This document shows positions 47,017-64,000 of a stretch of 64,000 bases of DNA, in pieces. The notes below the pieces were generated by a model, which was not told the DNA's origin, made no database searches, and worked only from the letters and a program-made list of their open reading frames with translations. The position numbers and the translations under genes are program-made. Position 1 is the stretch's first letter; each line of letters begins with the position of its first letter. This DNA comes from the human T2T-CHM13v2.0 reference genome, Homo sapiens. The stretch lies in assembly GCF_009914755.1 (NCBI RefSeq), contig NC_060930.1; one strand, written 5' to 3'.

Positions 47017-47127
47017 CTAGCCTGATTTCATCATTTCACCATATATACATTATCAAAACATCATGTTGCACCCCATAAACATATGCAATTATTATCTGTC
47101 AATTAAAAATGAAATAAACTTTTTTAA

Positions 47128-47465
<338 letters not shown>

Positions 47466-47527
47466 CTAGAAACAAGAAAAATTGTTCACTGGTTGGATAC
47501 ACGATGGAGGAAGCAAGGGAAATTGGC

Positions 47528-47591
47528 CTCATGACTAGTTGCATTTACTTAGCAAATGAAGTCACCATCTCAGAGTAAAACATTCCACACT
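47528..47591 (+). repeat. 64-bp dispersed direct repeat, copy 1
   Basis: 62/64 identical to 58927-58990. Confidence 0.95.
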
Positions 47592-48357
47592 TAAGCTGAC
47601 CCTTAAGTTCTGGTCTGATGGCTAAAAGCATGGTGGTATCCTTCATAGAACAGGGGAGGCGAGGAAAGCACAGGGAAAGGTATTCTGCTTGAGAAGATAG
47701 GAAAACACACACATAGAAAGTGTCCTGGAGTTCTAGCAAAGGGGGCGAACTGAACACAGATGTCAAATCTAGACCCCTCTCAAAGCCCTACTGAAACTGC
47801 AGCAAAGAGATTGTTTTAAGAAGATGGAGAGAATGGGGGAAGAGGTGACAAAAAAATTTTCATAAAGTGGAGAATAAAGGTTGAGCCATAACAGACGGGT
47901 GACTTGATGAAGACAATCCTAAACCAACTCGGCGGGGAAGCTAAGAACCTATGCTATTTATACTGCCGAGTTCCCAAAGTGCAGGTATTGGCGGTAATAA
48001 GGACTTCTGGAAGTAGAGGTGAATTGATTTTCTTGGGGAAGAAGGAACAGTTAAAAGAAGAATTGGTTGAAAATTGTTAACCCTACATCTCCTGACCACA
48101 TTCCTAGCCACGAGTGGCCACCCTTCCCATCCTGGCAGGAAACTGGATGTTAAAGGGTTAAAACAGAAGGTTTCTGGTCTGAGAATACAAAGCACAGTTG
48201 AGAACCTACCAAACATAGAGGAAGTAAGTAAAAAGATGCATTCTGAATGCTGAGACCCAGGCTTCTTTCCACACAGCTCCTGGAAAGCTGACAGTTGGGC
48301 CTTACCAGCCAGCTAAGAGAGTAGAGGGGTCTTCTTTGGAGAAACTGAGCAGCCTAA

Positions 48358-48700
<343 letters not shown>

Positions 48701-48928
48701 AATAAAGTTACTGACAGGTCCTCTTCCCCACAACGCTCCCACCCAGCCAACAAGCCCCCTTCAAACACTCAGACCTTCCAAGCAGCCTTTGAGTCCCTCA
48801 CCCTCTTACATGAATAGAGACAGCCAGAGACTACTAGACACCTTAGGAAAATCATTCAAATGGAAAAGAGATCTAAACAGAAAAAAACAACTTGCAGCAA
48901 ACACCGTTGAAGGTAAAAAAAAAAAAAA

Positions 48929-49278
<350 letters not shown>

Positions 49279-49416
49279 CTAAAAGCAGGATGTTATATAA
49301 AAGAATACCCAGAACAAGAACAACAAAACAAGCTCTTGCAAATGAAAAACCTGATAGCAAAAATGAAAAGCTCAGTAGAAGGACTGAAAAAGAAAGAATA
49401 AGAAATGGACCAGATA

Positions 49417-50059
<643 letters not shown>

Positions 50060-51282
50060 TTAGGGGAGACAGGCATCAGAAGAGAAAGGAAGTCTCTAGG
50101 ATGACAGTGAAGGAGGTCACACAGATGGCTGAGAACCAGCCACGGAGGAACACTCATCTAGATTAGATTAAATCAGATTGGAAGGCTCTAGGAGTCATAT
50201 CTCCAAGAAGACAAAACTCAGTGAATTCTTAAGGCAAAAAGAAGATACTGATAGGGTAGAGTTGAAAGTTGAAACAACAATAAACACATAGAAATATACA
50301 CACCCCAAAAAGCCGTTATTTATGTCAGGAGAGACAAAAGTTGTAAAATAAAGGAAAAGCAATCGTGTTTGATGATGTGGCTCTGCTCGAATGGTGGACA
50401 CTGCTTTAACGCTATACACACTGAATGCTGAACTAAACAAAGCAATGAAAGAGGATAGGGAAGATGTAGGATGGGAGGTATACCTATAGGGGGGTGGGTT
50501 GAGGGAAGGAAAAAAGGGCTAAATCCTCATCTTGAGAGGTCAATAGATACCAATACTTAAAACTAAAAAACCACAAAAGAGCAAAAGGAGCGTAATGTTT
50601 GGAGATACAGAGGAAAATTTCTTTAAAATCAGCTAAAATTTCTGAATGACTACCCATGACCATTCACACTGGCTCATGCCCAGTGCTCGTGTCTGTGGCC
50701 ATGCAGTCAGCTCATTCACCAAGAGAGACTGTATACAGCATGAAATGAAAACTTTTTCACCATAAATCCTCTACAACCATTGGGGAAAAAGTCAAAGAAG
50801 GCAGCTTAACAATCTCATAACAGTTACATCCTTGAATGCTAAGGAGAATACATTATTTTTTAAAGCGTGCAGTAACTATCAGTCAAGAAGGAATTTCATC
50901 GCTACCTCCTCCCTATGATTTTCTTTCCCCTTCATAGTTATTCCTCTGACCGCCCAGCACTCAACAATAAAACTAAAAATGGAATTAGGTAATTACTATC
51001 TATAACCCAGGAAAAAATTTTTTAAAAACCATAGTATACTAAAAGAACACTTCAGCTCAGTCTAGGTCTGTGAAGCCATCTGAGGGGCAATATGGTCTAA
51101 TTCTAAAGTGGAATCAAGTACAAGCAGAATATCTGAGCAAAAGGAACATAATAGCTAATTCAGAACACTTTCCACTTCTTTTTGAAACAGACATTCACCA
51201 TATTTCAATTTCAAATACTACATTATGTCTCCTAAAACATGAGATATATTCCTTTTTGAGGACTTATAATAAAAATGTTTCA

Positions 51283-51602
<320 letters not shown>

Positions 51603-52854
51603 ATGTTTCTAGATTATTTCTATTATCTCTCTTCTCCATTAGCTCAAATATCAAGAAAAAATGAATAACCAACTGGAATTCCTGTAACTTGGAATCCAGT
51701 AACTTGATTGGAATTTCACTGTAAAAACTGTATGATATTTTCTAATCATGCTAAATACTCACTTTTAGCTATTCATATATTTTCAATGAGAAAGTCTGAG
51801 GAATTTGCAAAGCAATACTTGGTGGGCGGGGGTGAGGGGGCAGTATTTAACCAGAAAAAAAAAAAAAAGACTCTTCTTATTTTGTCCTGCCCCATTAATA
51901 TAAACACACATTTATGTAGCTAAGATTTAAGTGACTAGAACAGTTTCCCAGACTCAGCATTTTTTACTTCTTCTATTTCTTCATTTTTACAGCTACAAAA
52001 AAAAAAACAAAAAACACACAGTCAAGTTTCATTTCTGGCAACAGAGATAGGGAGGCCCAATTCCATATAACACAATCATTGCACAAGTCTAAAGGCTCTC
52101 ACTGAATTTTTTTCAAGTTTAAGTTAAAAAACAGAAGTTAATTTTCACTTTGGAAATCGAACTTGAAAGAAAAATGTGACCTCTCATTACTTAATTCCTT
52201 CCAAGAAACTCCTTCTGGAACATAAATTGTTAAGACATGGCCACTTGGGGAAAACATTTTCAAGTCATGTTTGACATGTGAAGCTACATGGCACTTGACA
52301 GGAGTAATTTTTAACAAGCTCAAGTCTGTCTTTTCTTTACACGATTAACATGATTTAAAAACATGTACTTTACCAAAAGCTTGCAGGGTTCTATAAACAT
52401 TCAGATCCTTTTACAAAGACTGCATAGTGCAAGTGGGAAGGGCTTTTAATGGTCAGCATGCTGTTTGTTAAAACACACATACACACCACAATCTTTAAAC
52501 AGAAATTAAAGGTAAATGGATGCTCTCATAAAATTGAATGTTTTCTTGTATTTTATCAGTAGATAAATGGGATTACAGATACAAAGCTATAAACTAAGGT
52601 ATGGTATTCAAAGCAAGGATAAAACTACATATACATGAAAATAATCATTTCCAGCAATAGAGCTAAGTAAAAAAAGCAACAAATTTTTTTTTTCAATTTT
52701 TAAAATATATCCTTTATTAGGTAAAAATTCTCCTTTTAATTTACTGAGAGTTTTTATGAGAAAAGGATGTTGAATTGTATTGAATGCTCTTTCTGCATCT
52801 GTTGATATAATTTTTTTAATTTTTTGAAGCGTGTAATTTGGTTATTTTATTGTG

Positions 52855-53390
52855 TGTTTTTTTTTAAGTTTCAGGGTACATGTGCAGGATGTGCAGGTTT
52901 GTTACGTAGGTAAGCATGTGCCATGGTGGTTTGCTGCACCTAACAACCCATCACCTAGGTATTAAGCCCAGCATGCATTAGCTGTTTTTCCTAATGCTTT
53001 CCCCTAGCCCTCCCTCGCACCACAGGCCCCAGTAAGTGTTGTTCCCCTCCCTGTGTCCATGTATTCTCATTGTTCAGCTCCCACTTATAAGTGAGAACAT
53101 ACAGCGTTTGGTTTTCCACTCCTGCATTAGTTTGCTGAGGATAATGGCTTCCCACTTCATCCGTGTCCCTGCAAAGAACATGATCTTGTTCCTTTTTATG
53201 GCTGCATAGTATTCCATGGTGTATACATGCCACATTTTCTTTATCCAGTCTATCACTGATGGGCATTTGGGTTGACTCCATGTCTTTGCTATTGTGAACA
53301 GTGCTACAATGAACATATGCGTGCATGTATATTTACAACAGAATGATTTATATTCCTTTGGCTACATACCCAGTAATAGGATTGCTGGGT
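52855..53390 (-). mobile_element. L1PA 3' end (older PA subfamily), 5'-truncated
   Basis: gggtacatgtgcaggatgtgcaggtttgttac; ORF 53074-53316 MFIVALFTIAKTWSQPKCPSVIDWIKKMW (ORF2 C-terminus). Confidence 0.92.
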
Positions 53391-53437
53391 AAAGACTGAT
53401 AAAACTTCTGGCCATCATCCATTTAAAGTTCCCCAGC

Positions 53438-53598
53438 AGCTCAGCAAGGTGGCACGCATCTGTAGTCCCAGCTACTCCAGAGGCTTAGGTGAGAGGATGG
53501 CTTGAGCCCAGAAGTTCAAGGTTAAGTGAGCTATGAGAACTATGATCCTGTCATTGTCCTCCAACCTAGGCCACCAGTCTCCTAAAAAAAAAAAAAAA
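53438..53598 (+). mobile_element. AluJ/FRAM monomer
   Basis: tgtagtcccagctact...aggatggcttgagccc...A tail. Confidence 0.75.
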
Positions 53599-53997
53599 TC
53601 CCCCAGGAAAAAATTAAAAGAGGCACTACAAACAGCCCCCTATTTACAAACACTCAGATAGAAATGTTCTGCTTACAGTCACCAATTGCCTGACAATGGA
53701 TCTGCAGGCTGCTGGTGGCTCCCCTTCCCTCTTCTGGCTTGGTGCTCTCATCTACAATGAATCCCCACAGCTGAGACTCTAGAGCCTAAAGCTCTCAGTC
53801 CCACAAGCCAAAGCACCCTAGAAACTACCCTAAAGCTATCTGCTGCTTCCAAAGCTTCACAACCACATATCTTGCCACCATGATACCACAGGAACCCCCT
53901 TCACCCTCCAAAAGGCAAGTGGAGGCCTGACCCAAATCACTCATGTTGTAGACGAGGTCAGGGTCACACAGCTTAGGGAAGAGGGTGGGAGGAGTAG

Positions 53998-54383
<386 letters not shown>

Positions 54384-54994
54384 TGATTATATCTCACTGC
54401 ACTGTAGGTCTACATATCTATATTTGAGGTTGAACAGGCTTTTGGGGGTTGCCCTATGCCTGGTCATGCTTTGGAAATATGGTTTTTAGGAAGAAATATA
54501 TTACAAGTTCAAAATAACTTAAAAATTAACTTCTGTATCTCAACAGGTTTCTAAATTAGAGATTACCGGCATATAATTAAACTAATTGGAACCCAACTAA
54601 GCAAAACCCTACCTAACTTGATTTTACTGGATCTCGATTTGAAAAGAGGAAAATGACATCAAAATAAATTCACATCAGAGATGTACTCAAAACACCATTT
54701 TAGAGAACATGCTGAATAAATTTAATCCAATATTCTGTACTTTCAGAATGGAATATCGTGATATCAAAAAAAGATCCAAAAACCTCAAAATAACCCAATT
54801 AACAAATCTAACCATCAGCTATGGAGAAAACTCAACCAGAACATAAGGACACTCACTAGGAAACCTTACATTATTAAGGTCCAGTCCTTTATTCTAACAT
54901 CTTGACTTTATTTACACTTAGGTTTTAAAATACACTCAGAAAAAAAAAATAAAACTAGTCTAAAAAATAGTAAGGTCCAATCCAAAATATCGGC

Positions 54995-55492
<498 letters not shown>

Positions 55493-56265
55493 ATCTGCTG
55501 CCTTTTATCAAACTGTTTCAATCATGTTTGACCTCTCCAAATTACAGTGGATTATACTGTACTAACAGCTAACTGATGGACAGGTTACAGAAGTAAGTAA
55601 TAAATTATAAAGCTGAATTAGGTAAAGCAAAGCAGGATTCCACTAAAAGCAAAAGAACATCAACTACTCAGTAAGTTTTGTGCTTGTAAATTTTTCTCAT
55701 GTTTATTCAAATGTTTTTATGTCCCATCCACAAGCAAAATTTCCTATGTCTGCCTCAAGTTTTCCTAGTTACATTTTTTAGGAGGCATTCTAAGATATCA
55801 AAATGAGGGTTTTATGCAATGAGTATTTAGAGAGCATAATCCTCTCTCCTCCAATTTTGTTTAAAAAGTATGTCCCTACCCTGTGATTGTGTCGAGTCAC
55901 CTCTCAGCTCTCTGGATGCTGTTTAAAGTTCTAGGAAAAGGGAAATCAAGAGAGGTTGCCCTAAGCCCAAAGGCCCATGAACAAGCCAGTGGCCATGTTA
56001 CTAATCTTGAAATAGTGAAGGCCTGCTACCAAGTGTACCTCAAAAGAACAAACGGGTGCTTAAAACAAGACTCACTGTTGCACGATAATGAAGCGTTAGT
56101 TCTTAAGCCTTTAAAGTACTGTCCTGACCAGAGGCAAAAGCTTTTTAAAGAACCCTCTGGAAATTTAGTGTTGGCAGCTCCAATCACTGCCCCAAGCAGA
56201 GCCCACATGCTAAGGTGTCTACGCAGATTCAGTCCTCTGGCCCTGGGCCAGTGGATACTGCAAAT

Positions 56266-56465
56266 GGTATTCTCAAACTGCTGCTTCTCAAACTGCTGCG
56301 TGTGTTAGAATCACCTGGAGGACTCTTTAGGTCACGTCTGCTGGGCCCACCCCCAGTGATTCTGATTTAGTAGGTCTGTGGTAGGGCCAAGATTTTGCAT
56401 TTCTAGCAAGTTCCCAGGAGATGCTTATGACGCTGCTTCTGAGGCCACATTTTGAGAACCACTGA
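56266..56465. mobile_element. MER5A DNA transposon
   Basis: ttctcaaact...agaatcacctggagg...gggcccaccccc...tttgcatttctagcaagttcccagg...tttgagaaccactg. Confidence 0.85.
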
Positions 56466-57189
56466 TGTAAGTTAAGGGGTATGGGTCACCATTCTCTAGG
56501 CTGGTGCCACCAACAAGCACCACAGAATTAAAGGTACTTTCTGTCAGTAAAGAGAGAGCAGAGTATTGCAGAGCAGAGTAACAACCAGCTAGTTCTCATT
56601 GCTGCTCTCATCCTCCACTTATTAGCAGGAAAATTCAGCAATTCCCTTGAAATGCAGGCTTGAGGTGGCATTTTATGGTGTCATACTATTTAAATATTGC
56701 AAGTTTAGGGAAAGGGGAAAAAAGAAGATTTTTTTCTCCTAACATATAATAAATAAAAATAAGCCAGAAATTTCATTTGTTCCTATATCACTTATCTTCT
56801 GACACTGATCATGAATGTCTGGCAAAAGAGGCCAGAATGATAGGCAACACTAACAAAAAGACTTTGTATTTAGAGACTAGATGACCTTTCATCAGTGCAG
56901 CTCAAAGAACCAGAGAAACTTTCTGAATTCTCTATAGATTCATAATAGCATTGTCACATGGGACATTAATTCACCTCCCTGAGTCATGCCATTGGACTAG
57001 TAGCACCATGATTTAAAATAATCAGGCTAAGACAGAAAATACCTGTAAACCCCTAGCCAAACTCAGAAATTTTTCAAAATTAAAATGAATTTAAAAGTTC
57101 ACAAAAATTAAAACATAAAATTATGCAGATGAAGTATTTAAACACATTACAGAGGCAGTATGAACTCACCTATACCATACTTCATCATT

Positions 57190-57360
57190 TCATCTCTATC
57201 ACTGACCAGCTGTGTGACCTGAGGCAAATTACTTTGCCTATCCTTGCCACTGTTTCCTCATCAGTAAAATGGAGGGTTGGTAATGTTCCTCTCTTACAAT
57301 TTTTATGAGGATTAAATAAAATGGGCACATAGTAAGTATCCTATAAGTGTTAGCTACAAA
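57190..57360 (+). mobile_element. MIR
   Basis: cagctgtgtgacctgaggcaaattactt...tttcctcatcagtaaaatgg...tgaggattaaat. Confidence 0.75.
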
Positions 57361-58926
57361 TGTTATCCTGTAAGTGTTACTATAAATTATTAATGATATT
57401 AATCAAAACTTGCAAATTTGCAAAACAATGTGTTTAGATTATGTGAAAAGTACTAACGGCACTCAAAGACATTTTTCCCACTTCATTTCACACCTTCATC
57501 GCCTCCCACCTCTATCATGAGTGAATTAGCCCAGAGTCCCCCAATTCTTTTATAAGCTAAGTTTTTCAATTAAACCGTCCAACATTTAGAATAAGAGGAG
57601 CAGCAGATCTAAGCTTAATCCTCATCTTTCCACAAGACAAGAACCAAATTTGCAGGAAGAGATGCAACAGACCTTTGTTTTAAAATCTTGTCGAACTAAA
57701 TCTAAACAGACCCCATATGTTGCCAAAAGCAGGCAACCACCAAGGTGAGAAAAGTTGAGACAGATGTCAGACTGCCATTTTGGTGAAGGGGAAAGGGAAA
57801 ACTCCACATGCTTTTTAAGAGGAAAAGAGAAACATCACTTCAAAGAAAAAAAAGCAACATGATAATTGATTAGACCAATAGGCATGCTGCTCAAGTAAAG
57901 AACCATAAGGAAGTGAGGAGACAACTAACTTTTTTGACTCAATCTGTTAGCTATGATGATACACAGAACTGTCCTCATAGGCAAATAATCTTAGACATAA
58001 AATATGTTTTTTGTTTAGAAGATAATGGTGGCCACTTCTAAGAGTTAGCAATATATTAATACTACAGTAATTGATAGAAAAACACATCTACTCCTAAATA
58101 ACACATCATGAGTACAATTGAAAGGTTCACAAATAATTAAATCCTTGAAGAAGAGGCCCTAGGAAGCCCAGAAGAATAACAAACTTCTGTCCACTTGATA
58201 ACTCTTGTGTGAACACGCAGACCCCTGAGGACATCAAAAGGGCTTTACTTGGGATCCAAAACAGATTGTCAGAGAGATGCACCCCAATGCCTCTCGTTTT
58301 TAAAACAGCCTCTAGATATCTACAACATGGGGGAATAGCTCATGATATAAGCTACACTTTCAAAATTCAGGACACAAATTTCTCTGTTCTCATGAACAGA
58401 GAAAGATGCACCCACTTCAGTTTAAAATGCTATTGATTACTATAATTAAATATAGATAGATCCAAACATATAAATATATTGGCCAAAAAAAGAGAGAAAA
58501 TGAAGCAATACTCTCTAGGTTATGATTTTTTTCTTCATTATATTTTCTGCACTTTACAAGTTTGGAATTTAGGATGAATATACCTCAATTTTATCATCAG
58601 AAACATTTTACGGCATACTTTGTAAGACTGAAAACTTGTTGATGTATTTTTATTTACACAAAACTTACATAGTGGGTTACGTAATTCAATGATTATGTGT
58701 CTGAGTCTATACTTATGAATAATGCTCTTTTTAGTCATTTCTGTAGTAATTCAGCACAAATCTTTGGTCTTAAACTGGCTAACCACTAGAGAAAAATAAC
58801 TCCACTGACCACGGCTGCTCTATTCAAATGTCTGTCAGTGTCACTCTGCACTGTCGCAGCACCACCTAGTACACCGCAGTCAGGTTGTTAAAACCAACCC
58901 AGTGAAATCAAATACACCAAACAGGA

Positions 58927-58990
58927 CTCATGACCAATTGCATTTACTTAGCAAATGAAGTCACCATCTCAGAGTAAAACATTCCACACT
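58927..58990 (+). repeat. 64-bp dispersed direct repeat, copy 2
   Basis: 62/64 identical to 47528-47591. Confidence 0.95.
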
Positions 58991-59096
58991 AAAATTCAAA
59001 CACAGTTCTAGATACAAACATACTCCTAAGTCAGAAAGCAATTCACATTTAGCATGTGGATATCTAGATTAAAAGGCAGAAAATGCCTACTTTTAA

Positions 59097-59472
<376 letters not shown>

Positions 59473-60515
59473 TAGGAAAGGCTTAATCATCTCTTGGGAA
59501 GCTCATAAACTATTCCTAAAAATCAAGCAATAAAAAAATTAAGAGTTAACAATTTATTCCAATGTTAATTAATCTTTTTTCCCAAATCAAAAGACTTCCC
59601 TAACAACAACGAAATGTAACTGAGATCTCACAAAAAAGAAACCAGCTAAAAGACATACAGAACAATGAGGAAAATAATACTTTGGATTATATATATGAAT
59701 GAAGAAGAGCAACAGGATAACCCAGAAATTGTGTGTATAAAAAAGAGGGGAAAATAACATAAATTAATATTTTCATATTTGTATACAGAAACCTCTGGAA
59801 GCATGTGAAGAAACTAGTAAACGTGGTTATCTGGAGTGGGGAGTTGATGCTGGACAGAAGGAGTGAGACTTTTCACTGCATGGCCTTTGTGTATGCATAT
59901 TTTTTAACAATGTGAATTACTGTCTATTCAATAAATTACATGAAAATTTATGCTGAGGTTACTTGGGCTGCATCATGATTTTTCCACTGACCTTGGTCCT
60001 CATGTAATATAAAGGTAAGGAGCACAGGCTATGGAGTCAGGCTGCCTGGAGCTGAGGGCCCACCAACTAGCTAATGAGCACACCTGGAATATCCTGGGAG
60101 AAGCAGGCTAGTGCCCTTGCCTGGATGGTGGTCCCAGCAGCAAGACCATCAGCTGAGAAACCACAGTGCACCTCAACAGCAGTTCTCAGATGCCAACATA
60201 ATCAGGTATAATTGGATTATGCATAACATACCCTCACTTAATTCTATTTCCTTTTTTTTTACACATCGTGGTCTCTGAGTCCTCAGAACATTTTATCAGA
60301 TGTGTAATGCTGTCATGCAGAAAGCCCTCATATTTCACCATGTGTTATTGTAATTTAAATTAGCTAGTTACTACACAGCCCTCTGCATATTACTGATAAC
60401 ACCTTTAACAATTTTTAATCATAACAGGGAGTGCAGGGGAAGTAAAGTATAACAAAGGATTTCCCTACAGGAATAATCTAAAACCATTGTCTATCCTTCC
60501 AAAGTAAGATACCGC

Positions 60516-60727
<212 letters not shown>

Positions 60728-61199
60728 AACTGCTTTTCTACATGGGTGGAAATGTCTTATGAAACCAATCAAAAGGGTAAGTGAAAATAAAACAGAAGAA
60801 AATTTCCACCATCCCAAAGGAAAAATAAAATTATTCCAGAAGGGTTTATATTTGTTTCTCAGAGTTTAATTTTTAGATAAAATATGCTGTAAACATTTGA
60901 AATCATTATTTTATATGTGTAGGAGTGCCATCATCCCAGAAACTTACATTCAGCTTTTCTAAGTTTGATGTAGTCTCAAAATGCAATTTAAATTGGCGAT
61001 TTGGAATTCAGAACAGATTTTCTTCCAGAAACAATGTTATAAATGGTCATTCTATTCCTTATTATTTAGTTATATATCTAACCATCCACATGAAACTGTC
61101 AAGTACTTCAAGGAAGGACCCTGTGTAATCCTCACCACTTAGCACTAACAGAATAACTCAAAATACAGTTCAGGAATGGATGAATGGATGAATGTCCTG

Positions 61200-61950
61200 C
61201 CGCCCTGAATAAACAAGATGCCTCACACACGGCCTAGATGGGTGTTTCCCAAATTCGCCTCATTGGAATCACCTGGGGGTCCTTGCTAGGGAGGTCTGTT
61301 CCTGGCCTCACCCGGCTGCGCTGACTCAGAATCTCCAGGGGCGGGGCCACCTGGGGGTGTTTTTCACCAAGCTCCCAGTGACTCCGATGATTCAGAAAGT
61401 GTGGGTAACCCGGAGATGAACAGCTGCTGCACGTTCCAAGATGCCCGAGGAAAGCCGAGGTGCAGGCTGAGCCCGTCAAGTTCCGGGTGAAAACGTGACA
61501 TTGGGGGCTTGGATAGCCAACCCCAGGCCAAGTGAGGCACAAGCGACAGCTCTCCCATAGCTAGGAAGCGAGGTGGGAGCTGAGCGGCCCTCCAGTTCCC
61601 ACGGCAGGAGGAAATGGGGGCGAGAGGGCTCTGTGAAAGCAAGCCCATGTCCATGTCCATAAAAAGGCCCCGGAAACAGGCCTGGCTTCCCCGGCCCCAG
61701 TGAAGCAGACAGAAAGCAACAGCCCTCCACACACTGCTCTCGGGAGCCACATATACTTTCACATGCCTGTGCAGAACTCTCTGGTTTTCCAACCAGAGGT
61801 ATTTTTGTGTTTATCTCTGACACCAGCTCTCATGTAGCCGTGGTCAGCTTTCATCTTCCAGGCTTCAGTGGCACGGCCTCCTGCAGACTGGGCCATCTGT
61901 GGCGATACAGGGACACAGACGCACACACATGCTAACTCAGCCTTCAATGT
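61200..61950. promoter_or_regulatory. GC/CpG-enriched candidate enhancer, with a MER5-like relic at ~61240-61410
   Basis: Locally high GC and CpG in an AT-rich background; AP-1/ARE gctgactca (61320-61328), GC box ggggcggggc (61338-61347), E-boxes cacctg and cagctg. Confidence 0.45.
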
Positions 61951-62264
61951 CACCAAAACAACAGCAGCAACTGTTAAATAAATGTTAGCTATGTGCCAGG
62001 CGCTGTGCTAAGTAAGTACTTTTGATGCGTGTCTCAAATTTCTTGGCCATCTGCTAGTAGTTTGAGAGGTTTCTAAACAAAGAGAAGGAAAAGGGAAAAG
62101 CCCAAAAGCCTTCTTGTTTTTTCCTCAGATATTTGACAGGTTTTCACTGTATCTTCCTGGCCTCATCTGAGTATGGGAAGGTCATAATTTGAAGTTAGAT
62201 CAGGTAACTGAGAGACACTGCCACGCGATGTTTGGGCGGACTAATCCTGGAGACAGCCCTGGCC

Positions 62265-62420
62265 TGGTTCAAAGCCTAGCTCCATTGCTTACCAGCTGTG
62301 AATGTGGGCAAACAAGTTATTTGTGCCTTCACTGTATCACTGTCACACAGAAATAATAATAATATCCATCTCACAGAGCCATTGTACATATTAAGGTGTT
62401 TGGCGTATGGCCAATGTCCA
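62265..62420 (+). mobile_element. MIR
   Basis: ggttcaaagcctagctcc...ttaccagctgtga...gggcaa. Confidence 0.55.
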
Positions 62421-62467
62421 GCATTCGTCGACAGCATCATCAGGCAATACAAAACCCCTGCAAAGCA

Positions 62468-62876
<409 letters not shown>

Positions 62877-62904
62877 TCATTTGTCCAAAAAAAGGGGGAG
62901 GCCT

Positions 62905-63234
<330 letters not shown>

Positions 63235-64000
63235 TCAGAGAGTTCCTCAGTCAAACACAGAAGCTCCAGCTCTTCTACCTTTGCCCAAAGTGCAGCTGAA
63301 GTGCACACTGTGACAAGTGCAGACCACAAATGAAACCGGCATGTGGAACAAGATGGCGGTCAGTACCCTCCTGCTGCATCTGAACTTCAGTTCCTGCAGA
63401 AGTCATTCATTCCAGGATAGAAACCAATTTGAGGAGAAACAGAATTAAGTAAGTTACTAGGGGCCTAGTTAGGTGCAAGTCATTTTATTTTATACTTATA
63501 ACGATTTTTTTTTTCTTTTTACACCTTCACTGCTGGAAAAACTTGGTTTTTTAAACATAATAAAATGACTGCCAGAGGCAAATATTGCATTAGTTTTGTT
63601 TCTGAATTTTCTCCCCAAAATATTAAGAAACTCAAATGTTTCTCTTTTGTTAAATTTTTTCATTTGCTATTCTCGATTTTAAAATATATACAGCTAAAAT
63701 GTTAATATTAGGGTTTTCTTTAATATAGCAGAAAACTAGATTACGGCTAGATAAATAATTTCAACCTAAATGTAGGTAGCTTTTTAAGCAGGTTATCATT
63801 TTCCCAATACCCAAGAGTCAATGAGGAGACTGATGTTTTGATTTAAAGGATATACTCTCATAATTCAAAAAATAACTCTCCTAGAAATCTGAATATTTGG
63901 CAAATGCATTTAAACATAATTCTCTTTCCATAATGACATTGCACTTTTTAAAGCTGAGGAGGAAGCTATGAATGTATTGTGGGCAGAATATACACAAATT

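Noticed and set aside
55883-56308. 141-aa ORF
   Set aside because: Non-ATG start, runs into MER5A, no domain similarity.
61885-62060. CTCF-like words gccatctgtgg and gccatctgctag
   Set aside because: Only partial matches to the core motif.

Overview
Human (primate) non-coding genomic DNA, very rich in repeats. I count about 46 Alu copies or fragments, including two near-consensus AluYa5. There is also a full-length ancient L1 (L1MA-type, ~9.34-17.04 kb), a THE1 solo LTR, MLT LTRs, Tigger2a and MER5 DNA transposons, and MIR/L2 relics. No intact protein-coding exon is supportable: the ORF track is almost entirely Alu/L1 read-through. The one gene-derived feature is a 5'-truncated, disabled processed pseudogene of MTCH1 (minus strand, ~27994-29518), copied from the short splice isoform. 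Repeat orientation bias suggests a long intron of a minus-strand gene (not identifiable from sequence alone). The most unusual signal is a set of locally templated insertions. Two different Alus are broken at the same position (after CCTGTARTCCCAG) and filled with copies of sequence from 1-3 kb away, one of them a two-donor mosaic. A third Alu has a deletion patched with a 22-bp local copy, and a 64-bp unique segment is repeated 11.4 kb away. These look like fossil scars of template-switching DNA repair, not a new gene system.
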